From Candidatus Scatovivens sp. (GTDB lineage: Bacteria; Bacillota; Clostridia; TANB77; CAG-508), in assembly GCA_051891335.1 (NCBI GenBank), contig JBJFFD010000048.1, forward strand, positions 1 through 60,493: 60,493 nt of DNA, read 5' to 3'. Shown in pieces: positions 41,186-53,112 of the stretch; the first letter of the stretch is position 1; every line of letters starts with the position of its first letter. Below the pieces are notes generated by a model, which ran no database searches, was not told the DNA's origin, and worked only from the letters and a program-made list of their open reading frames with translations. Position numbers and translations under genes: made by a program.

Positions 41186-41944
41186 TTATTCATTTTTATT
41201 TCTTTTTTTTATAACTATATCTCCAAAAGTTTTTTCTTGATTAGCAATAATTTTATTTCTTCTTGTTAATTCTAATACGCCAGAAAAAGCTGTAACAACT
41301 TCTTCTTTTGGTCTTTCTTTTAGTGAGTATAATTTGTTAAATATAAACTCTTTTTTTCTTATTAATTCTCTAAATATTTCTTTTACTTTATCTGAAACAG
41401 TATATTTATCTGATATAGCTATTTTTTCTATATTTTTTGCATTTTCATTTTTTTTGTTTTCATTCATTTCCAGAATATTAGTATATCTATTTATAATATC
41501 TTCTATATGATATTCTTTTTCTAATTTTTGTTTTGGTAATTCTATTTTATCTGGAAATTTATATATTCTTTTAGAGAACAATTCTATATTTTCTTTAAAT
41601 TTTTTACTTATTTCTTTATATTTTTTATATTCAATGATACGTTGTAATAGTTCTTCTTCAGTAAGTTCAGCCTCATCTTCGGTATGTTTTGGTAATAGCC
41701 CTTTTGATTTTATAAAAACTAAAGTCGAAGCCATTATCAGAAATTCACTTGCTATTTCTAAATCTAATTTTTCTTGTAATTGTAAATATTCCATGTATTG
41801 ATCTGCAATTTGGCTTATATTAACTTTATATATATCCATCTTATTTTTATCTATTAAATAACATAATAAATCTAATGGTCCTTCAAAATTTTCTAATTTT
41901 AACTCATATTTTTTTGATTCTAATGAAATGATTTTGTTATTCAT
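41186..41944 (-). CDS. scpA: Segregation and condensation protein A
   Basis: FEGPLDLL..LI...DIY...IADQY...SEFL.MA. Confidence 0.93.
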   Translation of the reverse strand: MNNKIISLESKKYELKLENFEGPLDLLCYLIDKNKMDIYKVNISQIADQYMEYLQLQEKLDLEIASEFLIMASTLVFIKSKGLLPKHTEDEAELTEEELLQRIIEYKKYKEISKKFKENIELFSKRIYKFPDKIELPKQKLEKEYHIEDIINRYTNILEMNENKKNENAKNIEKIAISDKYTVSDKVKEIFRELIRKKEFIFNKLYSLKERPKEEVVTAFSGVLELTRRNKIIANQEKTFGDIVIKKRNKNE

Positions 41945-42015
41945 TTTCTGCCTCTTTTACTTATTTTTTATAGTGCTAGTATATATTTTTAAATAAAAAA
42001 AGTCAATATAAATAT

Positions 42016-42558
42016 TTAAACATCTTCTAGAGCATTATTAATACTTTCACTTTTATATCCTTTTTTATATAAGTAATTTTTTATATTTTCTATTTCATCC
42101 TTTTTTATCTTCTTTTCTATAATGTTCTTTGCTGATTCATATTCATATTGATTCATTTTTTCTTCATTAGTAGAAAAATAATTATCAATATCTAATTTAC
42201 TTACTCCTTTAGATAATAGCTTATACTTAATTTCTTTAATTGATATATTTCTTAATGCAATATATTCATTTACAAATCTATCTATATATTTAATATCATC
42301 TATATAATTTTGTTCTTTAAAATATTGAATTGCATCTTCAAGCATATTTTTATCTTCTTCTGAAAACTTTTGTCTTATTTCATTTTCCGTTCTTTTTTTA
42401 TACATAATATATTTTAAAATTTTTGTTTTTAATTTATCATATTTTTCTATTTCTTCCGTTATTGTAAAACCAGAATTAATTTTATCATTCTCCTTTAAAT
42501 CTATTTTTTTCTCTTTTAATATTTTATTAATATCTTCTATATTATCTATTTTTTTCAA
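42016..42558 (-). CDS. recX: Regulatory protein RecX
   Basis: KRTENEIRQK...YIDD..Y...LLSKGV...YLYKKGY; downstream of recA. Confidence 0.85.
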   Translation of the reverse strand: MKKIDNIEDINKILKEKKIDLKENDKINSGFTITEEIEKYDKLKTKILKYIMYKKRTENEIRQKFSEEDKNMLEDAIQYFKEQNYIDDIKYIDRFVNEYIALRNISIKEIKYKLLSKGVSKLDIDNYFSTNEEKMNQYEYESAKNIIEKKIKKDEIENIKNYLYKKGYKSESINNALEDV

Positions 42559-42635
42559 ACTTTTCTCCTTTAGAGTTTATGCAGACAAACTCTATTTTTC
42601 ACATTTAATTCTTAACTATACTTTTTCTATATTTA

Positions 42636-42656
42636 AAGGCTGGTTAATACCAGCCT
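42636..42656 (-). terminator. Hairpin after recA
   Basis: AGGCTGGT-TAAT-ACCAGCCT. Confidence 0.6.
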
Positions 42657-42671
42657 CTGAATTTATTGTTA

Positions 42672-43724
42672 CTAATTTTCATCGTCTTCTTTAATTTCTT
42701 CAGTAGATTCGTCAACTAGTGCATTTTCAAAAGCTTTAGCATAATTATCTCTAACTTTCTTTTCTACCTCTTCTGCTATTTTTGGATTATCTACCAAATA
42801 TTTTTTTACATTTTCTCTACCTTGTCCTATTTTTTCTCCATTATAGCTAAACCACGAACCACTTTTTTCTATAATATTTAAATTAACTGCTAAATCTAAA
42901 ATGCATCCTTCTTTAGATATTCCCTTTCCATAGATTATATCAAATTCAGCTTCTCTAAATGGAGGAGCTACTTTATTTTTTACGATTTTGACTCTTGTTC
43001 TACTTCCAACTACCTCACCATCAGTTTTAATATTCTCTATTTTTCTAATATCTAATCTAACAGAAGAATAAAATTTTAAAGCTCTTCCTCCAGTAGTTGT
43101 TTCTGGATTTCCAAACATAACTCCAACTTTTTCTCTTAACTGATTTATAAATATTATTATAGAATTAGATTTATTAATAGCACCTGCTAATTTTCTTAAT
43201 CCCTGTGACATAAGTCTAGCTTGTAATCCAATATGAGAATCTCCCATATCTCCATCTATTTCAGCTTTTGGAACTAGTGCTGCCACAGAATCTACTACAA
43301 TTATATCAATTGCTCCACTTCTTATTAATGCTTCAGCAATTTCAAGTGCTTGCTCTCCAGTATCTGGTTGTGAAACAATTAAGTTGTCTATATCAACTCC
43401 TAATTTTTTTGCATATACAGGATCCAATGCATGTTCTGCATCTATAAATGCTGCTTCTCCTCCATTCTTTTGAGATTCTGCTATTGCATGTAAAGCTAAA
43501 GTTGTTTTTCCAGAAGATTCTGGGCCATATATTTCTACTATTCTTCCTTTTGGTATACCACCAATTCCTAATGCTATATCTAAACTTAAAGCTCCTGTAG
43601 AAATAGATTCAACATTCATTTCTTTACATTCACCTAATTTCATTACAGAACCTTTTCCAAATTGTTTTTCTATTTGACTCATTGCAGCTTCTAATGCTCT
43701 TTTTCTTTCTAAATTTTCTCCCAT
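42672..43724 (-). CDS. recA: Recombinase A
   Basis: GPESSGKTT and the canonical RecA sequence. Confidence 0.99.
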   Translation of the reverse strand: MGENLERKRALEAAMSQIEKQFGKGSVMKLGECKEMNVESISTGALSLDIALGIGGIPKGRIVEIYGPESSGKTTLALHAIAESQKNGGEAAFIDAEHALDPVYAKKLGVDIDNLIVSQPDTGEQALEIAEALIRSGAIDIIVVDSVAALVPKAEIDGDMGDSHIGLQARLMSQGLRKLAGAINKSNSIIIFINQLREKVGVMFGNPETTTGGRALKFYSSVRLDIRKIENIKTDGEVVGSRTRVKIVKNKVAPPFREAEFDIIYGKGISKEGCILDLAVNLNIIEKSGSWFSYNGEKIGQGRENVKKYLVDNPKIAEEVEKKVRDNYAKAFENALVDESTEEIKEDDEN

Positions 43725-43755
43725 AACATTCTCCTTTATAAAATATTTGTTCTCT

Positions 43756-43801
43756 GAACTTTCGTTTGTCTAAATTATATATTAAAAAATTTTTTTGTCA
43801 A
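43756..43801 (-). promoter_or_regulatory. recA promoter with LexA box
   Basis: GAAC-TTTC-GTTT at 43756-43767; TTGACA-16-TATAAT. Confidence 0.65.
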
Positions 43802-43865
43802 TAGTTTTTTATTAAATTTTAATTAATTTGTTAATGTTCAGACCTGATTTTTATTTATCTTTCAC

Positions 43866-43891
43866 CGGCGAACACAAGGCCCGCACTTACA
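43866..43891 (-). repeat. Degenerate REP-like palindrome
   Basis: GTAAGTGCGGGC-CTTGT-GTTCGCCG, similar to 33289-33315. Confidence 0.55.
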
Positions 43892-43978
43892 AACGTTTGC
43901 AATAAATATAAATAATATTTTAGTCTAAACCGTAACATTCATTTTTAAAATTTAGACTATTTATAATTTCTAAACTAT

Positions 43979-45568
43979 CTATTGTCTATACCACTTTTCT
44001 ATATTATTAAATATGTTGTATGAATTTGGATTTAAATTACATACTAAGCTTTGATTGTATATGACATAATTTAATTGTCTATATAACCCTATATATGGCA
44101 CATCTTCTAAATAAATATCATATAATCTTTCATATTGTTTTCTTACATCATCTTGATTTCCTGTATTTTTTGCAGCCACTAAAATATTTTTTATTTCTTC
44201 ATTATTATAATTAGCAATATTATTATCTCCAAAAAAAGTTTCTAAATCTGGTGTAAAACTAGATTGAATTCCGACTATCATAGCATCATAGTTTTTATTA
44301 CTTAAATAGTTCAAATAATTTTCTGAAGAAACCTTGTTTATATTAATATCTATGCCAATATTTGAAAGTTGAATAGCTATGTTTTCTGCTACTAAACTTT
44401 TTAGTGAATCTGCTGAATTTACTGTTAGATTAAAGCTTAGACTAGTATTTTTTTCATTAATATTCTTATACCATTTATTGTTTTTATATATCCAACCATT
44501 TTCTTCAAGAGTTTTAATAGCTAAGTCTATATTACTTTGTGAATTCATTTTTGAATCATATAACCAACTTTCAAAATCAAAAAAGAAATTAGACTCTCTA
44601 TATCCACTTCCTAATGTTGTAGCAATCAAATTATTTTTATCAATTGCTAGACTAATAGCTTTTCTAACTGATTTATCAGAAAGTAATTCATTTTGAGTAT
44701 TAAAACTAATAAAATCATAATTTCTATTCTTAAATTCAGCTTTATTATAACCTATTAACCCTATATATTCTTCGACATTATTAACACCAACTTTTAGTAT
44801 ATCTATTTCACCTAGTTTAAAAGCATTATATTGTTCTCCTACAGAATTATATAAATTAATATCTATTTCTTCTATTATTGGATTTTTTTCTTTATTCCAA
44901 TAATACTCATTTTTATTAAGTTTTATTTTTCCATCTTCTATAGCACTTATTCTATACATTCCTGTACATACTGGAGCACTATTTTTTTCTGTATTTACAA
45001 AGTCTTCACCTTGATAATATGAACTACTTAATATTGGAAACGTTAAATAATATTCAAAAAATGGAACTTCTTTAGAAAGTACTATTTTTACTGTAAAATC
45101 ATCAATTATCTCTAAAGATGAAACATTTTGAAGATTTTCTGTATATATAGATTTAATTCCAGATTTTATTGTATCTATAGTAAATTTAATATCAGCTGAT
45201 GTTAATTTTTCTCCATTAGACCAATAAATATTATCTTTGATTTTTATAATATAATTAATATTGTCAGTTTTACCTATTTCTTTTGCTATATTGTATTCTA
45301 ATTTTAAATCTCCATTTAAACTGACTAATGAATCATATATTATTTTTGTAATTTCTTGTACACTTTTATTATTACTTAAGAGTGGATTAATTGTATCAAA
45401 ATTTGATATTGCTAACCTTAGATTTTTCTTTATATTAGTATTTTTAGATGTTTGATCAACAATATGTTCTTCATTGTTTGCATTTCTGAATATAAAAATT
45501 CCCCCTGCTATAACTACAAATACTATTATTATAAATATAAAAAAGTATTTTATATAATCTCTATCCAT
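43979..45568 (-). CDS. Family-5 (peptide/nickel) ABC substrate-binding protein
   Basis: DTINPL, IYDSLV, WSNGEKLTSADIKFT, PVCTGMY and VRKAISLAID motifs. Confidence 0.88.
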   Translation of the reverse strand: MDRDYIKYFFIFIIIVFVVIAGGIFIFRNANNEEHIVDQTSKNTNIKKNLRLAISNFDTINPLLSNNKSVQEITKIIYDSLVSLNGDLKLEYNIAKEIGKTDNINYIIKIKDNIYWSNGEKLTSADIKFTIDTIKSGIKSIYTENLQNVSSLEIIDDFTVKIVLSKEVPFFEYYLTFPILSSSYYQGEDFVNTEKNSAPVCTGMYRISAIEDGKIKLNKNEYYWNKEKNPIIEEIDINLYNSVGEQYNAFKLGEIDILKVGVNNVEEYIGLIGYNKAEFKNRNYDFISFNTQNELLSDKSVRKAISLAIDKNNLIATTLGSGYRESNFFFDFESWLYDSKMNSQSNIDLAIKTLEENGWIYKNNKWYKNINEKNTSLSFNLTVNSADSLKSLVAENIAIQLSNIGIDININKVSSENYLNYLSNKNYDAMIVGIQSSFTPDLETFFGDNNIANYNNEEIKNILVAAKNTGNQDDVRKQYERLYDIYLEDVPYIGLYRQLNYVIYNQSLVCNLNPNSYNIFNNIEKWYRQ

Positions 45569-45787
45569 TAAATCACCTTTCTTCTTTCAAATAATATATC
45601 ATTTTTTTTAAACTTTCAAGTGTATATTTGTATCAAATATTAAAATATTTATATACAATTTTCTCATACTATTTTAATTTAACTTATATATACATATTCT
45701 TACACAAAAAAAAAGAATTAATATTTTATTATTAATTCTTTTTAAATCTAATTTATATAATAAATTATAATAAAATCTTGTTTTAAA

Positions 45788-46051
45788 TTATTTTCTAGAC
45801 TCTATTATTAACTTTATTCCAGTTCTGTCTTCTCCTTCCACTTGAACCTCTGCAAAAGCTGGTATACATACTAAATCTACGCCTGATGGTGCAACAAATC
45901 CTCTTGCTATTGCAACAGCCTTTATTGCTTGGTTTAGAGCTCCTGCTCCAATTGCTTGCATTTCTGCTCTTGTTGATTCCTTTACTAACCCTGCTATAGC
46001 TCCTGCTACTGAATTTGGGTTTGATTTTGATGAAATTTTTAAAACTTCCAT
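45788..46051 (-). CDS. spoVS: Stage V sporulation protein S
   Basis: MEVLKISSKSNPNSVAGAIAG...AIGAGALNQAIKA. Confidence 0.97.
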   Translation of the reverse strand: MEVLKISSKSNPNSVAGAIAGLVKESTRAEMQAIGAGALNQAIKAVAIARGFVAPSGVDLVCIPAFAEVQVEGEDRTGIKLIIESRK

Positions 46052-46241
46052 TTTTCTTCCTCCTAATATTTTGATTTTTTTTCTTGTGTTTCAACATTAA
46101 TAATTTTAACTAAATTATTTTTCAAAGTCTATAGTTTTTAATCAAATAATTGGAGTTTCGCATCTTCATTTTCGACAGTATTTATAATACTTATAGCGTT
46201 TTTTGTCGTTTGTTTTTATATAATGTTTAATTATGTAATTA

Positions 46242-47012
46242 TTATAGATTTAATCTTAATATATTATTCACTTTATTTGTTAAATCATCTATTTCAAAAA
46301 TACATCCATTAAATTTTGCTTCTCCTTCAGCTACTTTATATTTTTCTGGTAAACCTGTTTCAAATCTTTTTATAGAAGCATTTATATTCATACCTATAAC
46401 AGAGTTAATAGGGCCTGTCATCCCAATATCAGTTATGTACGCTGTTCCCTTATTTAATATTTTTTCATCTGATGTTTGAACATGTGTATGAGTACCAAAA
46501 ATTATTGTAGCTTCTCCATCTAAATAATAACCTAATGCAATTTTTTCGGCAGTTGCTTCAGAATGAAAATCAATAATAATTATATCTACGCTTTCTTTTA
46601 TTTCATTAATAATATTTTTAGCGACAATAAATGGATTTTCTGATAAAACAGCCATAGAAACTCTTCCTATTAAATTAATAACAGCTACTGTTTTATTTTT
46701 ACATTTAAATATTCTATATCCTTTTCCTGGATTATTTTTATTATAATTTGCAGGTCTTATTATTCTATCTTCTTCTATGAAATTAAAAATTTCTTTTTTC
46801 GCCCAAGTATGGTTTCCCAATGTTATTACATCTACATTTGAAAATAGTATTCCCCTATAAAGTTTTTCTGTTATACCCATACCGTCAGCAACATTTTCTC
46901 CATTAACAATAGTAAAATCAATTTTGTGTTCTTCAACTATTTTTGGTAATACTTCTTTCATTTTATTGTATCCAGATTTTCCAACTAAATCTCCTATCGC
47001 TAAAATTTTCAT
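46242..47012 (-). CDS. ymdB: YmdB/TIGR00282 metallophosphoesterase
   Basis: IGDLVG, NGEN, TLGNH, DFHSEATAEK and GTHTHV motifs. Confidence 0.93.
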   Translation of the reverse strand: MKILAIGDLVGKSGYNKMKEVLPKIVEEHKIDFTIVNGENVADGMGITEKLYRGILFSNVDVITLGNHTWAKKEIFNFIEEDRIIRPANYNKNNPGKGYRIFKCKNKTVAVINLIGRVSMAVLSENPFIVAKNIINEIKESVDIIIIDFHSEATAEKIALGYYLDGEATIIFGTHTHVQTSDEKILNKGTAYITDIGMTGPINSVIGMNINASIKRFETGLPEKYKVAEGEAKFNGCIFEIDDLTNKVNNILRLNL

Positions 47013-47144
47013 TTATATCTCCCTCACATTTTTTATATTTAAATTTATTAAAAAGTAAAACTTTTATTAAATTAGGAATCTTTGATTTTTTTATTCAACA
47101 AAAATAGAGTACACCAAATAATAACTACGTGTACTCCTAATTTT

Positions 47145-47417
47145 TTATACTAATTCTGTATAGTTTTTGTTTTTATTTTCAAAGTTTATATTACTAAATT
47201 CTTTCATATTTAAATATCTATCTATGTTTTTAATTGATATTCCTGTATACATAGCCAATTGTTCTTTGTTTTCTATATTAGTTTCTTGTTCATCTAAAAA
47301 ATTTTTTAATTTTAATACATCTGCATTATCTTTTCTATTACAAATTTGGCAGACTTCAGAATCCGAAGTAAAAAAGCTACCACAACGAGCACATCTTTTT
47401 AATTCCATATATTTCAC
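47145..47417 (-). CDS. YvyF-like zinc-ribbon/HTH small protein
   Basis: CARCG.FF.....CQIC followed by an HTH-like segment. Confidence 0.65.
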   Translation of the reverse strand: MKYMELKRCARCGSFFTSDSEVCQICNRKDNADVLKLKNFLDEQETNIENKEQLAMYTGISIKNIDRYLNMKEFSNINFENKNKNYTELV

Positions 47418-47614
47418 ATTCCTTTCAATTATTAGTTTATATTATTACATTTGTATTTATTTTATCATATATGTATTAAAAAATAAATACTTTTTTTTAA
47501 AAGTTTTTATCATTAATAAAGTCATATATATTGAAACATTTTTTATTACAATATATATGACAAAATACTTTTTATTTCATATTATATAGAACTTTTACCC
47601 TTGTATTAAAAAAT

Positions 47615-48283
47615 TTATTTTTTTATTTTCTTTTTACTTTCTTTTTCTTCTTTTTCTATAATATTACTTTGATTTTCAAAATATAATATTAGACTTAATA
47701 TAGTAACAAATAGCATTACTGGAATTGTTAATGTATTTATAGGAATTCTCGTTATCGCAATTAAACTTAGAATTGCTAAGTTTAATAGAACAATAAGTAA
47801 AACTGATTCTATAAATTCTTTCCATTTAACAGTTACTTGCTTATAAAATCTTATTAAATATATAATATAAATAAGAATAAATGATATAACAGTTGGAATT
47901 ATATATGGTTTTACAATTTCTCTTAGTCTTATTCCAGGATTTGAAATAATTTCAATTTCTCTATCATCTACATTTTCTATTCCATACTTTTCATCTAATT
48001 TAGAAATTAAGTTATTTTTTTCTTCCTCTGTTATTTCTAGAGCATTTATACTAACAGAATCATTAAAAACCTCTATGGTTCTTACTACTACCTTTTTATT
48101 TCCAAATATTTCTTTAGCAATTTGTTTTATATCACTTAAATTAAAATCTTTCCCTATAGTGTATTCTATTGAATCATGAGTTCTTAACATTAAATCTACA
48201 TTAAATCCTTTTAATAACACTACGATTACTCCAGCTAGTATAAATACTACTAAAGCATATAATAATATTTTTTTATTTTTCAT
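47615..48283 (-). CDS. Truncated, degenerate SecF-like membrane protein
   Basis: KGFNVDL N-terminal motif, short periplasmic domain, about 4 TMs; follows the secD-like gene. Confidence 0.55.
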   Translation of the reverse strand: MKNKKILLYALVVFILAGVIVVLLKGFNVDLMLRTHDSIEYTIGKDFNLSDIKQIAKEIFGNKKVVVRTIEVFNDSVSINALEITEEEKNNLISKLDEKYGIENVDDREIEIISNPGIRLREIVKPYIIPTVISFILIYIIYLIRFYKQVTVKWKEFIESVLLIVLLNLAILSLIAITRIPINTLTIPVMLFVTILSLILYFENQSNIIEKEEKESKKKIKK

Positions 48284-48327
48284 AATACTCTCCCTTCAGG
48301 CCTATTATTAATGTTTATTATTTTAAA

Positions 48328-49689
48328 TTATTTTTTCAAAATATTTTTTACTAATAAGTAATTGTAAATTTCTTTAGAAATAATTCCCCAAAACATAACC
48401 ATTCCTATTGATAGAGGATTTATATCTTTTGATAAAGTAAATACTATTGAAATTATTATTATAGGAATTATTACTATATTAAATCTAATAAATTCTTTAT
48501 TAAATTCTTCTATTTTTTTATTTAGCAAAATATAATAAAAAGCTATATTTAAAATAATTACTGATAATATTGTTACAATTCCAGGTAAAGTAATGCTTAC
48601 ATTTAAATATCTTAATATTATAGAATAAAGTGCTACAAATCCAATATTTGCCAAACCTAATTGTAAACCTTTTAATTTAAACTTTATAGCAAATAATATT
48701 GTAACAAAAACAAGAGCTCCTAATACTGAATATTTAAATATTTTTATATTATTTTCTGTTATTGGTGACTTTATAAAATTGTCTGACGCTAAAGTATATT
48801 TTACTGGTAATTTTCCACTATTGATAATATTTGCAATATTATTAACAGAATTATAACTTTCCTTTAAGTTTGCTTCGTCCGTTATTCCTCTTGCTATTGG
48901 TATATAAATATAGTTGCTTGTCCATTCTTCATTAAAATATGTTGTGTATAATGTTGTTTCATCTAATTTCATAGTTATATAATCAATTTTAGTTTCTTCT
49001 TCACCTTCTGGCTGGTATTCTACATATTTTTTACTTATTTCTTTTAATTTTTCAGCTCCACTTTTTGAAAACTCTATTTGCAAATAAACATCATATCCAC
49101 CAGAAGTTGATTGATTTGTTGTAGCCATAGTTTCAACAATATCGTTATTATTCATTAAAACAATTCCTGTTTGATAGTCTAACACTTCAAACTTTCCTTC
49201 TGAAGTTAAAATACTATAATTATCATCTGTTTTAGTATTTTGTGGCATTTCTAGTGTAATATCTCCAGACTCTTTATTTAATTTTACTAAATATTCATTA
49301 ATTCCTAAATAATTAGCTCTTTTTTGTATTATTTTTTTTGTTTTTTCATAATTTGATATAGATAGATTTTCTTCTTGGTTTGCTTTAATTGTTCTAGTTT
49401 CTATAGAATAACCATCTACTTGTTCAGGTTCGTCTTGGTTACTAGCTTTACCTGCCACATTTCCATTTTCATCTACATAGACAGACTCATCTTTTTCAGT
49501 ATAATCTACTGAGAGTTTAATTTCTCTGTTTCCTTTAATATCCATTCCTAATGTATATTCCGGAATTATGTTGCTTAATTTATTTAATTTTTTTGTATAA
49601 ATTCCAATAAATCCAATTATAATTATTAAAACAATTAATAACCAAAGTATTAATTTTATTAATTTAGTATCTTTAGTTTTTCTCTTCAA
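48328..49689 (-). CDS. Degenerate SecD-like membrane protein
   Basis: LGMDIKG, IIQKRA..LG, INSGKLP and ITLPGI motifs; near tgt/queA. Confidence 0.65.
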   Translation of the reverse strand: MKRKTKDTKLIKLILWLLIVLIIIIGFIGIYTKKLNKLSNIIPEYTLGMDIKGNREIKLSVDYTEKDESVYVDENGNVAGKASNQDEPEQVDGYSIETRTIKANQEENLSISNYEKTKKIIQKRANYLGINEYLVKLNKESGDITLEMPQNTKTDDNYSILTSEGKFEVLDYQTGIVLMNNNDIVETMATTNQSTSGGYDVYLQIEFSKSGAEKLKEISKKYVEYQPEGEEETKIDYITMKLDETTLYTTYFNEEWTSNYIYIPIARGITDEANLKESYNSVNNIANIINSGKLPVKYTLASDNFIKSPITENNIKIFKYSVLGALVFVTILFAIKFKLKGLQLGLANIGFVALYSIILRYLNVSITLPGIVTILSVIILNIAFYYILLNKKIEEFNKEFIRFNIVIIPIIIISIVFTLSKDINPLSIGMVMFWGIISKEIYNYLLVKNILKK

Positions 49690-49860
49690 GATTATTCCTC
49701 CTAACTAATATATTTGTATTATAAATCTTTTAAGATTGTATATTAAATTAATAAAAATATCAATATTTTTTAAATGAATTTATAAAAAAAATGCAGAATC
49801 GATATCTCTTCGATCTGCACTATACAAATTATAATTAATTATTAAGCTATAACTTTTACT

Positions 49861-50247
49861 TTAAAAATTTACTCCTAATATTCCTCCTATTACTCCTCCT
49901 ATTACTCCCAAAGCAATCATAGCTACGGAATACATATTTAAACTAAAATTCATATTTATAAAGGATGAAGCAACATATAATAATAACATATATATAGCTC
50001 CAAAAATTGCTCCATTTATTATACCTCTTTTCTTTATCTTTTTAGAAATAATAAAAGATGATACTAAAATGCTAAACATAGAAATAAATATTATACCCGG
50101 ATTTATTATGCTTTCTTTTATATTTGTAATACTTAATAATATTGATAATATTAATATTAAGACCAATGTTATTATAAAAGATATCACAAGTCCTTTTAAG
50201 TATAGTGTTGATATTTTCAAATTATTTTCTTCTTGCAATTTTTCCAT
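49861..50247 (-). CDS. TIGR04086-family membrane protein
   Basis: Four TMs, KKRGIINGAIFG, ends GGILGVNF. Confidence 0.75.
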   Translation of the reverse strand: MEKLQEENNLKISTLYLKGLVISFIITLVLILILSILLSITNIKESIINPGIIFISMFSILVSSFIISKKIKKRGIINGAIFGAIYMLLLYVASSFINMNFSLNMYSVAMIALGVIGGVIGGILGVNF

Positions 50248-50464
50248 ATTAACTTTAATTCCTTTCTTTTAGTTATTACCATTATATTTTCTAAATTTAT
50301 TTTTATTCTATATTTATTAATTTTTAATTATATTCGAAATAAAATTTGTATATAAAATTTGCGAATACTTTATATAATAGAGAAATAGAAGAGTATTTTT
50401 TATTTCATTTACTCTTCTACTTATTTCAAATATTAACATATTAATTTTAAAATTTTATCAATAG

Positions 50465-51931
50465 TTATTTTGCTGTTATCATATTATGGTCTTCAAAATA
50501 TTTTCTCATTTCTAATTGATTACCATTAAATTCCATATAATATGTTGTTACGCCATTATTAGTTATTGAATATATCCTACTACATAAACAAGGTATTACT
50601 TCTCTTTTTAAATTTATATCATAAATTCCATACAAGTCTCCTGAAGTTAAAACAATTCCTTCTACTCCAGTAGATTTTGGTATTATAAGAGTATTTTCTT
50701 CTCCTGATGTATCTGTTGTTTTAGTTTTATATCCAAATCCTGTATATGAATTTTCAGATATTTTTTTCCCAGTATCTATTTCATATAATTCATACACTGT
50801 ACCTTTTTTGACCGCTACTATATTGTCATACCATAAATTTTTATTTTCTAAATTATCTAAGTTAAATTGATCTATATCTGGTATTCCTATAGAATCAAAA
50901 TCTGTATGTAACACAGTTTCTCCTGAAGTATTTATTATTCCATATTTACTATCTTTTTTTACTAAGAATAGCTTTTTATTCACATCAAAAGTTTCTATAG
51001 AATCATAATCTTTCGGAGATATTATTGTATTCCCTTCAGCATCCATTATACCTACTTTTGAATCTATATATACATAAAATTTATTTTCATTTTGAACATA
51101 TTTTATATCATCATATCTAACACTCAATATAATTTGTCCATCTTTTAGTGATATAACTCCAAATTCATTTTCATTTCCTACTACAAGCATATCGTTTGCT
51201 ATAGTTCTTAAATTTTCATATGTTGAACTTACTGATTTATATCCTTGTTTTGCAGCAATACTTTGTCCATATTGTACTAAATAATTTAATGAATATATTT
51301 GTAAGCTATTTTCAGACACTATAATATTAGAATTGTATGCTAAATATACTACATCCATTGGAATATATAATTGTTCATTAATAGTTTTTATTGGATTTTC
51401 AATAGAAAAGTCTTCTTTTTCTCCATCTTTTGATTTAACAATATATTTAATTTCTCCTGTAGATGTTTTTGACTCTTCAGAATCAGTTTCGGTTGTTGCT
51501 GTGTTCGTCGTGTTATTATTCTCAGAAAGAGAACTATTTTTGTTCTTAATATATTTAGTGAAAGTTTTTTCATCAGACTTAAATGTAACGATTTCATAAT
51601 CGTTTTCCAAATAACAACTATTTTTATTTTCATTTACTTCTATATAATCACCTTGTGTATATTTATATCCTGTGTAGTTTGCTAGTTCTTTTATATTTAC
51701 ATACTCTATCCCACTTTCATCTTTAACAATTAAATTTTGATTTAAATTTACTTCTTTTCCATCTGCAAACATTTTAAATCTAGATTTCTCTTTCTGTTTT
51801 AAATAGAATATTCCAACAAAGCATATAACAATTATTATTATACATAAAACAATTCCGCCTAAAATAGTTTGTTTTTTAGCATTTTTCTGCTTATTTTTTT
51901 GATAAATTTCATTACTTTCTTCTAGATTCAT
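50465..51931 (-). CDS. Membrane-anchored WG-repeat protein
   Basis: N-terminal TM; repeated K(Y/V)GI...G..I....YD.I. Confidence 0.7.
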   Translation of the reverse strand: MNLEESNEIYQKNKQKNAKKQTILGGIVLCIIIIVICFVGIFYLKQKEKSRFKMFADGKEVNLNQNLIVKDESGIEYVNIKELANYTGYKYTQGDYIEVNENKNSCYLENDYEIVTFKSDEKTFTKYIKNKNSSLSENNNTTNTATTETDSEESKTSTGEIKYIVKSKDGEKEDFSIENPIKTINEQLYIPMDVVYLAYNSNIIVSENSLQIYSLNYLVQYGQSIAAKQGYKSVSSTYENLRTIANDMLVVGNENEFGVISLKDGQIILSVRYDDIKYVQNENKFYVYIDSKVGIMDAEGNTIISPKDYDSIETFDVNKKLFLVKKDSKYGIINTSGETVLHTDFDSIGIPDIDQFNLDNLENKNLWYDNIVAVKKGTVYELYEIDTGKKISENSYTGFGYKTKTTDTSGEENTLIIPKSTGVEGIVLTSGDLYGIYDINLKREVIPCLCSRIYSITNNGVTTYYMEFNGNQLEMRKYFEDHNMITAK

Positions 51932-51940
51932 ATATTCCCC

Positions 51941-53098
<1,158 letters not shown>

Positions 53099-53112
53099 TT
53101 AATAATTTTCTT

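Noticed and set aside
45795-46097. 100-aa ORF overlapping spoVS
   Set aside because: Alternative-frame shadow of a highly conserved gene, with no RBS or recognisable motif.
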